DNA of 64,000 nt from Polyangiales bacterium (GCA_038231275.1 JBBRLQ010000016.1:32001-96000), one strand, 5' to 3'; shown: positions 26,617 to 36,852, counted from the stretch's first letter. Notes: generated from the sequence alone by a model not told the origin. Translations and numbers: made by a program.

Positions 26617-28911
26617 ATGGCGACGCAACGAGAATCCAGGATGACTACTAGCGGCGCGCGGGCGCAGCCCGGCAAATCAAGAGCCCTCGGCACCTCAAAG
26701 AGCAACGTAGAGGAGTCAAGCTCCGGGCCGATGTGGCTCCTGCGCGCTGTGCTCAAGCGCTGGCCCATCGTCGCCGCCTGCGCTCTGCTCGCGACGGGAA
26801 TGAGCCTCCTCTACACGAAGTCGGTTCCCAAGGTCTTCGAATCGGGCGCGATGCTGGAGTTCGACCCGGACGTCGTTAGGCCTATGGCCGATAAAACGGA
26901 CTCTCTGCGCGGATGGGCTGGCTACTTCGACAATCGCGAATACTACGAGACGCAGTACAAAGTCATGACCAGCGAGCGGGTCATGTCGGCGGTCGTTCGC
27001 GACCTGGGACTGCAGAGCGACCCCGATTTCCTCGGCAGCAAGCCGGCGACGCCGCTACCGCTCGACGACACCGCGGCACTACTGCGATCGCGCGTGCGCA
27101 TCGAGCCCGTGAAGAGCAGCCGTCTGGTCTGGATCAAGGTCGAGGACACGAATCCGAAACAGGCACGCCGCCTGGCCGATGCGGTCAGTCGAACGTACAT
27201 CAACCAAAACCTGGAGAAGAGCATCAGCGCCACCGGCGAAGCAGTCGTATGGCTGAGCGGGCAACTCGATCATTTCAAGAACGAGCTCGAGCAGAACGAA
27301 AACTCACTTCACGACTTCAAGAAGCGCAACGACCTCCCTTCGAGCACCCTCGAGGAGGTCTCGAAGATGATCCGACTGGAAATGCAGGCATACGACAGCT
27401 CGCTCACGGCGACGCGCACCCGAAAGCAAGAGCTCTTGGCTCGTGTGGGCGAATTGGCAAAGGTAACGCCAGACAACCCGGATCAGGTGCCTGCATCCGA
27501 GCTCCTGGGAAACGCGTTCTTGAACACGCTCCGTACTGGTTATCAGACGGCGGTTCGCGAGCGCCGCGAGCTGATCGCCGAAGGCAAAGGCGAGAACCAT
27601 CCGCAGGTCCGCAAGGTCGACGAGAAAGTCGCCGAGACGCGGCGAGATCTGCTGGAGGAGATTCGCAACATCCAAGGCGCCATCACGCGAGATCTCGCGG
27701 TCATCGAGCGACAAGAGCAAGGCGAGGCCGCCCTCTACGAGACCGCCCGCAAGAAGGCCGTCGAGTTGAACCTGAAAGAGCTCGAGTACCACCGCCTCGA
27801 TCGGCTCCGCGCCCAAAACGAGAAACTCTACGGGGCACTCCTCGAGCAGATGAAGGAGGCCGACCTCGCCCGGATGATGAACGTTAACAACATCCGCCTT
27901 ATCGACGCTGCGCAGGAGCCCAAAGCGCCGATTCGTCCCAACATGACGACGAACGTCGGAATCGGTTTCATCCTCGGCATCTTTCTCGGCCTTGGCCTCG
28001 TCCTGGTCCGCGAGCAACTGGACAGCTCGATCAAGTCTCCGGAAGACTTCGAGGAGCGGTTGCAGATTACTTTCCTCGGGCTCCTCCCCGAGGTCACCGA
28101 AGAGGACGACAAGGCCAATGGAAAGAAGCGGCGCATCGTGCCGCGACGACCAATCGTGGGTGACTTCCCCCCCGAGCTCATCGTCCACGAGCGACCCCTC
28201 AGCGGCATCGCGGAGGCGGCGCGTACGCTCCGCACGAACCTGATGTTCATGAACCCGGACAAGCCCTACCGGAAGCTCCTCGTCACGAGCGCCGCGCCCG
28301 CGGAAGGCAAGACGACCGTGGCCTGCAGCATCGCCATCTCGCTCGCGCAGGGGGGCCAGAAGGTCTGCATCATCGACTGCGACCTTCGCAGGCCGCGTCT
28401 CCACCGTATCTTCGACCGCGTCGGCGACACTGGGCTCACGAACCTCCTCGTCGGCGACGCGACGCTCGACGAGGTTGCCCAGGCGACCAAAGTCCCCAAC
28501 CTCTGGTGCGTCCCCGCTGGCCCAATCCCGCCGAACCCGGCCGACGTGCTCCACTCCGAGCGCTTCCGTCACTTCTTGGACGAGCTGATGGAGCGCTTCG
28601 ATCGCATCGTCCTCGACAGCCCGCCGCTCGTCGCCGTCACCGACTCGGCGATCATCTCCACCCTCGTCGATGGCACCGTTTTCGTCGTACGCGCCTTCAA
28701 GACGACGCGCGCCCTCAGCCGGCAGGGTCTCCGCGCGCTGGCCGACGTCGACGCGCCGATCGTGGGCGGGGTGCTCAACGCCGTGGACTTCAACCGCCGC
28801 GGGTACGACTACTACCAATACTATTATTACAAGCGCGAAGGGTACCAGTCGACCCGCGCCGAAGAGGATCGCAAGGACCCGCCGTCGCAGGGCGCTGCGC
28901 CGCCCAACTGA
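26617..28911 (+). CDS. wzc: Polysaccharide co-polymerase / tyrosine autokinase (Wzc/GumC family)
   Basis: Two TM segments, coiled coil with ENHPQV, AEAARTLRTN, VTSAAPAEGKTT (Walker A), IDCDLRRP, LDSPP, C-terminal Tyr cluster GYDYYQYYYY. Confidence 0.93.
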   Translation: MATQRESRMTTSGARAQPGKSRALGTSKSNVEESSSGPMWLLRAVLKRWPIVAACALLATGMSLLYTKSVPKVFESGAMLEFDPDVVRPMADKTDSLRGWAGYFDNREYYETQYKVMTSERVMSAVVRDLGLQSDPDFLGSKPATPLPLDDTAALLRSRVRIEPVKSSRLVWIKVEDTNPKQARRLADAVSRTYINQNLEKSISATGEAVVWLSGQLDHFKNELEQNENSLHDFKKRNDLPSSTLEEVSKMIRLEMQAYDSSLTATRTRKQELLARVGELAKVTPDNPDQVPASELLGNAFLNTLRTGYQTAVRERRELIAEGKGENHPQVRKVDEKVAETRRDLLEEIRNIQGAITRDLAVIERQEQGEAALYETARKKAVELNLKELEYHRLDRLRAQNEKLYGALLEQMKEADLARMMNVNNIRLIDAAQEPKAPIRPNMTTNVGIGFILGIFLGLGLVLVREQLDSSIKSPEDFEERLQITFLGLLPEVTEEDDKANGKKRRIVPRRPIVGDFPPELIVHERPLSGIAEAARTLRTNLMFMNPDKPYRKLLVTSAAPAEGKTTVACSIAISLAQGGQKVCIIDCDLRRPRLHRIFDRVGDTGLTNLLVGDATLDEVAQATKVPNLWCVPAGPIPPNPADVLHSERFRHFLDELMERFDRIVLDSPPLVAVTDSAIISTLVDGTVFVVRAFKTTRALSRQGLRALADVDAPIVGGVLNAVDFNRRGYDYYQYYYYKREGYQSTRAEEDRKDPPSQGAAPPN

Positions 28912-28951
28912 GCGGGTCTCCTCACGGAGAGGCGCTCATCGGAGGCGAGCA

Positions 28952-31525
28952 TCACGGGGCCGGGTGGGGCGCGGCGCCGGCCGTGATGGCTGCGCGCTCG
29001 ATGGCCGCGAAGCGCGACCAGTTGGCGTCGCTCGGATGGACCTCAGCGAGGTGCATGTACACCTGCAGCGCCTCGACGTGGAGGCCAAGCGCCGCAGCGA
29101 CGCGCGCCCGGGAGGCTTGGACGTCATCCCGCTCGGGATCGGCGTCACCTGCGCGCTTGTATAGCGCGTACGCGCGGCGCTGGTTGCCGCGCGACTCCTC
29201 GAAGCGTGCAAGGAACGCGAAGTGATCGGCGCATGCGCCGTCTTCTGGGCAGCCGGCGTGCGTCATCTTATCCACTTGCTCCGTCGTTCGCGCGTCGTCC
29301 ATGAGCGCCGCGATCATCCCGAGCACTCGCCTCGCGCAGGATCCGCGGTCCGACACGACGGCGAGCGCGGAGTCGAGATCGTCGGCGGCGCGGCGGGCGT
29401 CACCCCTCGCGGCCACGAACTGCGCGCGCGTCCAATGGCTCTGGCAGGACGCGGGCTCTAACGTGACCAGACCGTTCGCGAGGACGAGGCCTCGCTCGAT
29501 GCACGTCCGTGAGCCCTCGCCACACCACGGCGCTGCCTCTCCCTGATGAACGTCCTCGAGGAGCGCCTCGACCGCGCGCCTGCGTGGCCCCAGCGCGCTG
29601 GATTGCCGCTCCAAGAGCGCGGCGTCCAAGCGGGCACGCGTGGCGGGCAACGACTCGGCGAACGCGGCGGAGAGCCCATCGAGGACCCGGATCCCCGACG
29701 CGTCGGAGGGCACGACCTCGAGAGCGTCCTCGAACGACCGAACGAGACGCGGCGCCTCCACGAGCAGATAGCTCGCCATGACGACGTCGTCCTCCGCCGC
29801 CAACCGATACTCGAGCCGCGCCTGCGCCGGCGACCTGCTCACGAGCCACCTCGCCAAGAGCAAATGCGCGCGCCCAAATACCGGCGAGCGCTCCAGCGCC
29901 TTTCCAACCCACGGCACGACGCTCTCCCCCGCGAGCGCGGCATGCACCCCACCGACGAACGGCAAGTAAGGATCCGCCGGATGCCGCAGCATGTTCGCGC
30001 GCGCCTCGTCCTGGAAGCGCGCCGCTGACACGCCAGGTTCGACGGCGAGATCGTGCAGCGCGTATTGGTCCGAGTTCAGATCGTGCCCCGCAGTCCACGC
30101 GGCGAGCGCGATCCCAGCCACAGCGACCGCGGTCGCAAGCAACGCCGTGCGTGCGGGACGGCGCGACCACACCTGAACGCGGCGATCTCCGCCGCCCGCC
30201 GCGCCGCCGACCACCATCGCCGCGCACACGACCAGCGCCAACATGACCCCGGGCACCTCCGAGGTGAAGTCCACCAGGTTGTGAACGAGCAAGCACGCGA
30301 GCGCCACCCACGCGCCGACGGGCAAGCGCGTGCGCGCGGCGAGGCTGATGGGACGCAGCGCGAAGAGGATCGCGACCCCGGCGGCAGCAGCGATCGGGAA
30401 ACCCCACTCCGAGCACCATTGAACGACGACGTTCTCCGCCTGCGTGAAGACGTAGTAGCCGGTGCCCGTGCGCACCGCCGGGAAGACCGACTCGTATGCG
30501 CCCCGGCCGATTCCGAACACTGGGGATTCGCGCACGAGCCGAAACCCCTGCACCCACATCTGTGCCTTCGACACGTCCGTGCTCGAGAGATCCGCCCACG
30601 CGTGATCGAACGACGCGAGCACCGCCGCCGCGACGCCGCACGCGCCGAGCACCGCCGGCACGATGAAGCCCGTCACCCGATGCCGCTCTCCCCGCGACAC
30701 GAGCCACGTCATCGCGGGCACGAGCACGATCGCCATCCCCATCGCCAGCGTCCCGCCGCGCGAGCCCGCCCACAGCTGCGTGCCGATCATCACGAGCACC
30801 ACCGCGCCCGCGAACGCACGCGACGTCATCGCGCGAGGCGAGACCACGATCCCGAGGGCAACGCTCGCGCCGATCACCATGTACCCCGACAAATGATTCG
30901 AATTGAGCAGCGGCCCGATGTGGTTCGGGAGGAAGGCGTATTTGTTCACCGGCTGATACACCCCGAACACCTTCGTCGCCCCAAACGCGGGATGCAGCAG
31001 CGCCGCCATCGCCACCGTCGCGGCCGACAGCACGATCACCCGCTCGAGAAAAATGCTCCCCTCCCGCCGATGCGCGACCCGCAGCGCCGTCAGGAACGCG
31101 AGCAAGTAGGCCACGCCCCGAAGCACCTGCACGCGCGTGGCATACGGATCCAGCGAGATCGTCGCCCACGACGGGCCCGGCTCCTTCAGCGGCAACAGCG
31201 CGCGAGCCCACGTGTCCGCGTTGCTCGGCGCGATCACCGCGAGCACACCAGCAGGCAGCGGAACGATCTGAAGCAGCGTCCACCCCGTGAGACCGATGCC
31301 GGTGAACAGCAGAATGGTCGCGGCAGGGCGCGCGCGGAAGGGCTCGGCGCCGTACCAGCCGAGAAACGTCGCGACGGCGAGGGCGGCGACGACGACGCAG
31401 AGGGTGGTCGTGTGGAGCGAGCCGACCGCGAGCGCGCTGCCGACGACGATGAACGCCAGGAGCCAGCGCGAGGCGACCTGTCGCGCTTCGTCGCGCCGCT
31501 CGGGGGCCGGGGGATCGTCGTTCAT
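28952..31525 (-). CDS. O-antigen ligase/Wzy_C family membrane protein with C-terminal TPR region
   Basis: Multiple TMs, LQIVPLP, ISLDP, N.NHL.GY, GSRGG, P.FGIGRGAY...FP, AEN...Q...EWG, HNLVDF; helical TPR-like tail. Confidence 0.82.
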   Translation of the reverse strand: MNDDPPAPERRDEARQVASRWLLAFIVVGSALAVGSLHTTTLCVVVAALAVATFLGWYGAEPFRARPAATILLFTGIGLTGWTLLQIVPLPAGVLAVIAPSNADTWARALLPLKEPGPSWATISLDPYATRVQVLRGVAYLLAFLTALRVAHRREGSIFLERVIVLSAATVAMAALLHPAFGATKVFGVYQPVNKYAFLPNHIGPLLNSNHLSGYMVIGASVALGIVVSPRAMTSRAFAGAVVLVMIGTQLWAGSRGGTLAMGMAIVLVPAMTWLVSRGERHRVTGFIVPAVLGACGVAAAVLASFDHAWADLSSTDVSKAQMWVQGFRLVRESPVFGIGRGAYESVFPAVRTGTGYYVFTQAENVVVQWCSEWGFPIAAAAGVAILFALRPISLAARTRLPVGAWVALACLLVHNLVDFTSEVPGVMLALVVCAAMVVGGAAGGGDRRVQVWSRRPARTALLATAVAVAGIALAAWTAGHDLNSDQYALHDLAVEPGVSAARFQDEARANMLRHPADPYLPFVGGVHAALAGESVVPWVGKALERSPVFGRAHLLLARWLVSRSPAQARLEYRLAAEDDVVMASYLLVEAPRLVRSFEDALEVVPSDASGIRVLDGLSAAFAESLPATRARLDAALLERQSSALGPRRRAVEALLEDVHQGEAAPWCGEGSRTCIERGLVLANGLVTLEPASCQSHWTRAQFVAARGDARRAADDLDSALAVVSDRGSCARRVLGMIAALMDDARTTEQVDKMTHAGCPEDGACADHFAFLARFEESRGNQRRAYALYKRAGDADPERDDVQASRARVAAALGLHVEALQVYMHLAEVHPSDANWSRFAAIERAAITAGAAPHPAP

Positions 31526-31619
31526 TCGGACCTCGGAGCGGAGATCGTTTGCTCGGAACGGAGATAACGCGCGCGGCGTTAGTTGCCCGAGAGGCTACCG
31601 AGGTTCGACGGTCCGCGAA

Positions 31620-32729
31620 TCAGAATCCGACGACCAGGGCGATGTAGCCGCCGAAGACCGGGGTGATCGACATCGAGAAGCCGGGGGGTGGATCGTTCAG
31701 GAAGTAGTAGCCGGCGCCGCCATCGCCCGTGACCTCGAGGCCTAGGGAGTCGCCGAACACGTGGCGGTAGCCGAGGCGCGCGCGGGGGAGGATGTTGTTC
31801 AAAACGGCACCCGTGTCGCTGCCGCGGTAGCGCTCGTAGCCGATGCCGAAGCCGACGATGAGCGCGTCGCTCGTCCAGCGCGTGAGGGCGAAGCGCGCTT
31901 CGTAGCCAAAGAAGAGCCCGAGGCCCGACACGTTCGCGTCGTTGAAGCCGACGTAGCCGATCTCCGTGACGATGGTGCTGACCTTGCCGAGTGAGGCGCG
32001 AATGGTGCCGCCGGCCGCCTCGTTGACGCCGAGCTTGAATTTGCCCTGCGCGTCGCCGAGCTTGGTGGTGACGCTGCCCGACGAGCGAATGCCGAGGTAC
32101 GGGCCGAGCGACCAACCGGCCGATTCGCGGAGGGGCGATCCGGACGCCGCCGCCGCGAGCTTCTCGTCGCGCTCGTAGTCGGCCTGGCTGTTGCTCTTCT
32201 TTCCGCTGCCGGAGGTGCTCGCGCTCACGCCGTCGCCGTCGATCGAGACCGACGCGCTGCCCGACGCGGAGTCCGGCTTGGTGCTCGGGTTGTCCACGTT
32301 GTTCGTCGTGCGGATGGTGAGGCCGAGCGATTCCTCGAGGCGGAGGAGGCGCTCGCGGATTTGCTCGGAGTCGGCCGCTTGGGGGCGATCCTTCAAATAG
32401 CGACGGTAGTCGTCGACGGCGGGGTACGGCTGCGTGAGCTGCTCGTGGCAGAGGCCGCGGTCGCGGAAGATGGTGGGCTCGATGCTGGTGCGGAGCGCGA
32501 GATCGTAGAGATCCAGCGCAGCCTTGCAGTCTCCAGCGCGCGCGCGGCCGCGGGCGCGATCGGCGATGCCGACGTCGTTCGTCTCGCGCGTCAAGATGAG
32601 CGCTTGCTGCTTCTTCGGCGGGGAGCCGTTACCCGCGGGCGTCGGAGGAGCCGCCCCCGCGAGCCCGGCGAGGCTCCCGATCGAGCACAGCGTGGAGAGA
32701 CCGAGGAAGAGGCGCCTCGCAGTCGACAT
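31620..32729 (-). CDS. Exported protein with TPR domain and C-terminal outer-membrane beta-barrel-like domain
   Basis: Signal peptide; GDC.AAL..YD.AL, RDRGLCHE.L....AV.DYRRYL; alternating strands ending YIALVVGF. Confidence 0.65.
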   Translation of the reverse strand: MSTARRLFLGLSTLCSIGSLAGLAGAAPPTPAGNGSPPKKQQALILTRETNDVGIADRARGRARAGDCKAALDLYDLALRTSIEPTIFRDRGLCHEQLTQPYPAVDDYRRYLKDRPQAADSEQIRERLLRLEESLGLTIRTTNNVDNPSTKPDSASGSASVSIDGDGVSASTSGSGKKSNSQADYERDEKLAAAASGSPLRESAGWSLGPYLGIRSSGSVTTKLGDAQGKFKLGVNEAAGGTIRASLGKVSTIVTEIGYVGFNDANVSGLGLFFGYEARFALTRWTSDALIVGFGIGYERYRGSDTGAVLNNILPRARLGYRHVFGDSLGLEVTGDGGAGYYFLNDPPPGFSMSITPVFGGYIALVVGF

Positions 32730-32775
32730 CCACGAAGGGTAGCTGCCCCCACGCGCAAAGACCGAATTTCGAGCG

Positions 32776-34227
32776 CTATTGCTTGGGCGCGGGAGCCGTC
32801 GTCGGAGGAGCTGTCGGCTTGCCGGGCGCGATGCCGCTCGGAACCAGCGAGGTTTTCCCCGCGTCGGCCGCGCGGCCACCATCTTTGGCACCCGCGTCGG
32901 ACAACGCCCCACCGGCTGACCCGAAGGTGACTTTGCCGAACTGCGACGACTTATGGAAGTTCCCCTGCCCCATGATCGGCGACCACGCGACGCCGCCGTT
33001 CTGCTTCATCGCGTAGAAGTTCATCCGCCACGTGTCGCCGGGCTTGGGCGGATGGTTCGCTGCTTTGCCGAACGCCGCCCACGGGATCGCCGCCTCGACC
33101 GTGTAGCCCTCGTCTTTGTCGTCCGGCTTGTCGATTGTCCCTTTGACGACGACCGCGGTCTTCATCTTCGGGTCCCAATCCTCGTGGCCGAACGGACCGT
33201 TGGGCTCCGTCTTCGGCGTGTTGTAGCCGTCGTATTGGGTGTGGAACTGCTTGTTCTGGGGATTGATCTGGAGCTCGTAGTAGTCCTTGTTGTCCCCGTC
33301 GCCGTCGGGGTCGACCATGATCTCCACGGTGTCTTTGGTCCAGAGCTTGGGCTGGCCGGTGGTAGTCCAGAAATTTTCCTGGGACTTGTCGGTGAAGAAG
33401 CCGAGGACGTCGGGATCCTTCACGTCGAAGGCGACGTAGAGGTTTGCGTCGTCGTAGGCGAGCTTCGCCGAACCGTTGACGGGGAACGCGGCGTTCGCCT
33501 TGCCGCTCCCCACATCAACGAAAGGGCCGGTGCCTGCTGCTGCCCCCCATGCCTTGTCGTCGAGCTTTCCGTCGACGGTGATCTTCTCGTTCGCGGCGAG
33601 CTTGTTCACGCTCACCGTCGGGATGTCGGTGTGCGCAGGCTCAGCGACCGGGACGAGGCCCGTCTTGATCTTGCCGACGATGGCGCGGTTGTCGCCGTCA
33701 TTGGCGCCAGCCACGATGCGAAGGCGCGCGTCGCCCTTCCAGATGCCGACGAGGACGGTGAGCTCCGGGCCCTTCAGCCAGTCGGGCATCTTGTAGGTCT
33801 GCTCGTCGACGTAGATCTTCCCCTTCTCCCACCGGTCGGGGCCGAGGATCTGCTTGTTGTTGCGGTTCTCGCGGATGGGGCCGTTCCAGTCCATGTTGTC
33901 GGACTTGTCCTGCGAGGCGTCGTGCAGGTGCGTGAAGAGCTGCCAGCCCTCGTCGATCGTGTCGTCGCAACGCCACCAGTAGGTGATCTTCACCTCGCTG
34001 CCGGGGCGCGCGAGCTCGGGAACGAACTTGTAGCCGATGAGGTGGACGCGGTTCTCGAAGTTGACGTCGACCTTGTGCTGCAAGTCGGCGGGCGGCGCGT
34101 CGAGGATGTACGCCTTCAGGCGCTCCTTGTCCTCCGAGGTGACGCCCTTGTTCCCGCCAACGCAGCCCATGCCCGTCGCGCCGATGAGCGCGAACGTCGA
34201 AGCCAAAAGCAACGTGTGAAATCGCAT
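32776..34227 (-). CDS. Carbohydrate-binding family 9-like (CBM9/DOMON) lipoprotein
   Basis: Lipobox GMGC; ITVDGKLDD.AW, YDD.NLYVAF.V.D, D.VEI.VDPDGD...YYELQINP, YTVE.AIPW, GDTWRMNFY. Confidence 0.8.
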   Translation of the reverse strand: MRFHTLLLASTFALIGATGMGCVGGNKGVTSEDKERLKAYILDAPPADLQHKVDVNFENRVHLIGYKFVPELARPGSEVKITYWWRCDDTIDEGWQLFTHLHDASQDKSDNMDWNGPIRENRNNKQILGPDRWEKGKIYVDEQTYKMPDWLKGPELTVLVGIWKGDARLRIVAGANDGDNRAIVGKIKTGLVPVAEPAHTDIPTVSVNKLAANEKITVDGKLDDKAWGAAAGTGPFVDVGSGKANAAFPVNGSAKLAYDDANLYVAFDVKDPDVLGFFTDKSQENFWTTTGQPKLWTKDTVEIMVDPDGDGDNKDYYELQINPQNKQFHTQYDGYNTPKTEPNGPFGHEDWDPKMKTAVVVKGTIDKPDDKDEGYTVEAAIPWAAFGKAANHPPKPGDTWRMNFYAMKQNGGVAWSPIMGQGNFHKSSQFGKVTFGSAGGALSDAGAKDGGRAADAGKTSLVPSGIAPGKPTAPPTTAPAPKQ

Positions 34228-34263
34228 TCCCTCTCTCCTCTGGAACTGGATTAACCGGACGAT

Positions 34264-35922
34264 TTACCGGCGGCTCTTCCGCCGTGCTTCTTTTTCGCGT
34301 TTGCGTTGGGCCTTCTTCGCGTTCTTCTCGGACGACGACATCGGCTTCATCTTCGTGAGGCTCTCGCCGGGCGTGCCGGCGCCCATGCCCGGCATTCCGG
34401 GGAACCCTCCCATGCCTGGCATTCCGGGGAAGCCGCCCATGCCTGGCATGCCTCCCATTCCTCCCATGCCGGGCATTCCCGGGAAGCCGCCCATCCCGGG
34501 CATTCCGGGGAAGCCGCCGCCGCCGACCATCTTCTTGAGGTTCTTCGCCATCGCGAGGTTTTTCATCCCCGGGATTTTCCCGAGCATCCCCATGTTGGCG
34601 CCGAGGCCCTCCATCATCTGCTTCATGAAGAGGAACTTCTGGACGAGCTCGCTGACGGCCTTCTCTTCGGTGCCGGAGCCCTTGGCGATGCGCGTGACGC
34701 GCCCAGGCTCGCGGACGAGCGCATTGGCGTCGGCGCGCTCGAACTTGGTGAAGCTCGAGATGATCGCCTCGATGCGCACGAGCTCGCCGTCGTCCAAGTT
34801 GGCGTCCGCGGGCAGCATGTCGCTCATGCCGGGCATTTTTCCGACGAGGTCTTTCAAGGACCCCATCTTCTGGATCATCCGGACCTGTTCGAGGAAATCG
34901 TCGAGGGTGAACTTCCCCTCGAGCATGCGCATCGCGTCCTCGGTGGCCTTCTTCTCGTCGACGACCTCCTGGAAGTCCTTCATCAGGCCGACGACGTCGC
35001 CCATGCCGAGCACGCGGCTCGCCATGCCCTCGGGACGGAACTCTTCGAACTTGTCGCTCCCCTCGCCCATGCCGATGAAGCGGACGGGCGCCCCGGTGAC
35101 CTCGCGCACGCTGAGGGCCGCGCCGCCGCGGGCGTCGCCGTCGAGCTTGGTGAGGATGACGCCGGTGAGATCGAGCTTGTCGTGGAAGCCCTTGGAGACC
35201 TTGACCGAGTCCTGGCCGATCATCGCGTCGACGACGAGGAAGACGTTCTCGGGGCGCGTGGCCGCTTTGATCTGGCCGAGCTCCTCCATGAGCTTCTCGT
35301 CGATCGCGAGGCGGCCTGCGGTGTCGTAGACGATGACGTCGCAGCCGAGCTTCTTCGCTTCGTCCTTCGCCTTGGCGCAAATCTCGAGCGGAGTGGCGCC
35401 GGGGATATTGAAGACGGGGAGATCGTTCTGCTTGCCGAGGACCTGGAGCTGCTCGACGGCGGCGGGGCGCTGCATGTCGGCCGCGACGAGCATGGGCTTT
35501 TTGCCGCTCTTCGCGAGGTACTTGCCGAGCTTGGCGCAGCTCGTCGTCTTGCCGGAGCCTTGGAGGCCGACCATCATGATGCCGGTCGGCGTGCCCTTCT
35601 CGGTCGAGAAGGCGATCGGATCGCCCTCCGCGGTCATGTACGCGATGAGCTCGTCGTGGCAGATCCTGATGAACTGGTCGCTCGCGCTGACCTTCATCGC
35701 GTTGCCGTCGGACCCCTTGGCCTTGAGGCGCACGACCTCGCCGAGCGCCTTGTCCTTCACGCGCGCGAGGAAGCTCTTCACGACGCCGAGCTCGACGTCG
35801 GCTTCGAGGAGCGAGAGGCGGACCTCGCGGAGCGCCGGCTCGATGTTCGCCTCGGTCAGCTCGGTCAGACCGGCGAGGCGGTTTTTCGCCTGCTTGAAAC
35901 CCTTGGCCAATGCGTCGAACAT
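34264..35922 (-). CDS. ffh: Signal recognition particle protein Ffh
   Basis: LLEADV, GLQGSGKTT, D.QRPAA..QL, DTAGRL, DAMIGQ, TKLDGDARGGAALS, RVLGMGD, M-domain; ATG at 35922. Confidence 0.97.
   Translation of the reverse strand: MFDALAKGFKQAKNRLAGLTELTEANIEPALREVRLSLLEADVELGVVKSFLARVKDKALGEVVRLKAKGSDGNAMKVSASDQFIRICHDELIAYMTAEGDPIAFSTEKGTPTGIMMVGLQGSGKTTSCAKLGKYLAKSGKKPMLVAADMQRPAAVEQLQVLGKQNDLPVFNIPGATPLEICAKAKDEAKKLGCDVIVYDTAGRLAIDEKLMEELGQIKAATRPENVFLVVDAMIGQDSVKVSKGFHDKLDLTGVILTKLDGDARGGAALSVREVTGAPVRFIGMGEGSDKFEEFRPEGMASRVLGMGDVVGLMKDFQEVVDEKKATEDAMRMLEGKFTLDDFLEQVRMIQKMGSLKDLVGKMPGMSDMLPADANLDDGELVRIEAIISSFTKFERADANALVREPGRVTRIAKGSGTEEKAVSELVQKFLFMKQMMEGLGANMGMLGKIPGMKNLAMAKNLKKMVGGGGFPGMPGMGGFPGMPGMGGMGGMPGMGGFPGMPGMGGFPGMPGMGAGTPGESLTKMKPMSSSEKNAKKAQRKREKEARRKSRR
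34384..34518 (-). repeat. Five 27-bp in-frame units encoding (GGFPGMPGM)x5, third unit GGMGGMPGM, in the Ffh C-terminus
   Basis: Read directly from the DNA and its translation. Confidence 0.9.
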
Positions 35923-36004
35923 GTGGGCAAGGCTGTACCACGGACGGCGCCTCCCTGGAATTCGTGATGCGAGGCGGCGCCGGACCGGGAATTTTGCCGC
36001 AATA

Positions 36005-36760
36005 TTGAGCCCTTTTGTAATCGTCCTCCTGTTCGTCGCGAGCGTCCTCGCGGGCGCGCTCAACTCGGTCGCCGGCGGGGGGAGCTTCATCTCGTTTCCG
36101 GCGCTGCTGTTCGCGGGCGTATCGCCGATCGCCGCCAACGCGACCAACGCGATCGCGCTCTGGCCGGCGGGCATCGCAAGCGGCGTCGCGTACCGCAAGG
36201 AGCTCCGGGTGCCGCGGCGCACGCTGATCGCCCTCGGCCTCGCGAGCCTCGCGGGCGGGCTCGCGGGGGCGCTCCTCCTCTTGAGAACTCCGGACGCGAC
36301 GTTCCTCCGGCAGCTGCCGTGGCTGCTCCTCGTCGCGACGCTCCTCTTCACGGCAGGCCCGTCCCTCGCGAAGCGCCTTCACCGGCAGGGCGACGCGGCT
36401 GCGGGCGCGGTCGTCGTCACCGCGCTGATCCAGATCGTGATCGGGGTCTACGGCGGGTACTTCGGCGGCGGGATGGGCATCCTGATGCTCGCGGCGATGG
36501 CGATCCTCGGCATGCAGGACATCCACACGATGAACGGCCTCAAGGCGATCCTCGGGGTGCTCATCAACGGCATCGCGGTCGTCGCGTTCGTGATCGACGG
36601 GGCGGTCGCGTGGAGGCCGGGCGTCGTCATGATCGCGGGAGGGACGCTCGGCGGCTACGCGGGAGCGTCGATCGCGCGGCGCCTCTCGCCTGTGTGGGTG
36701 CGGAGGTTCGTTCTCGTCGTCGCATGGGGAATGACCGCGTATTTTTTCGCGCGACGCTGA
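36005..36760 (+). CDS. Sulfite exporter TauE/SafE family membrane protein
   Basis: AG.LNSVAGGGSFISFPAL, ANATN, YGGYFGGGMGILML, NGLK, GG..GGY.GA; TTG start inferred. Confidence 0.88.
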   Translation: MSPFVIVLLFVASVLAGALNSVAGGGSFISFPALLFAGVSPIAANATNAIALWPAGIASGVAYRKELRVPRRTLIALGLASLAGGLAGALLLLRTPDATFLRQLPWLLLVATLLFTAGPSLAKRLHRQGDAAAGAVVVTALIQIVIGVYGGYFGGGMGILMLAAMAILGMQDIHTMNGLKAILGVLINGIAVVAFVIDGAVAWRPGVVMIAGGTLGGYAGASIARRLSPVWVRRFVLVVAWGMTAYFFARR

Positions 36761-36803
36761 GAGTGGAGCGAAGCGCAGCGGAGCGAAACGACTCCTGACG
36801 GAG

Positions 36804-36834
36804 AGGCCTGACCGGTTTTTTTCCGGTCAGGCCT
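36804..36834. terminator. Perfect 12-bp inverted repeat between convergent genes, probable bidirectional terminator
   Basis: aggcctgaccgg-ttttttt-ccggtcaggcct between the stops at 36760 and 36853; no classical downstream U-tract. Confidence 0.65.
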
Positions 36835-36852
36835 TGAGCTCGCGGATCGCGC

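Noticed and set aside
33698..36526. 942-aa - strand ORF and the 143-aa N-terminal extension of ffh
   Set aside because: Off-frame, Arg-rich, and overlapping ffh and tauE; Ffh homology starts at MFDAL (35922)
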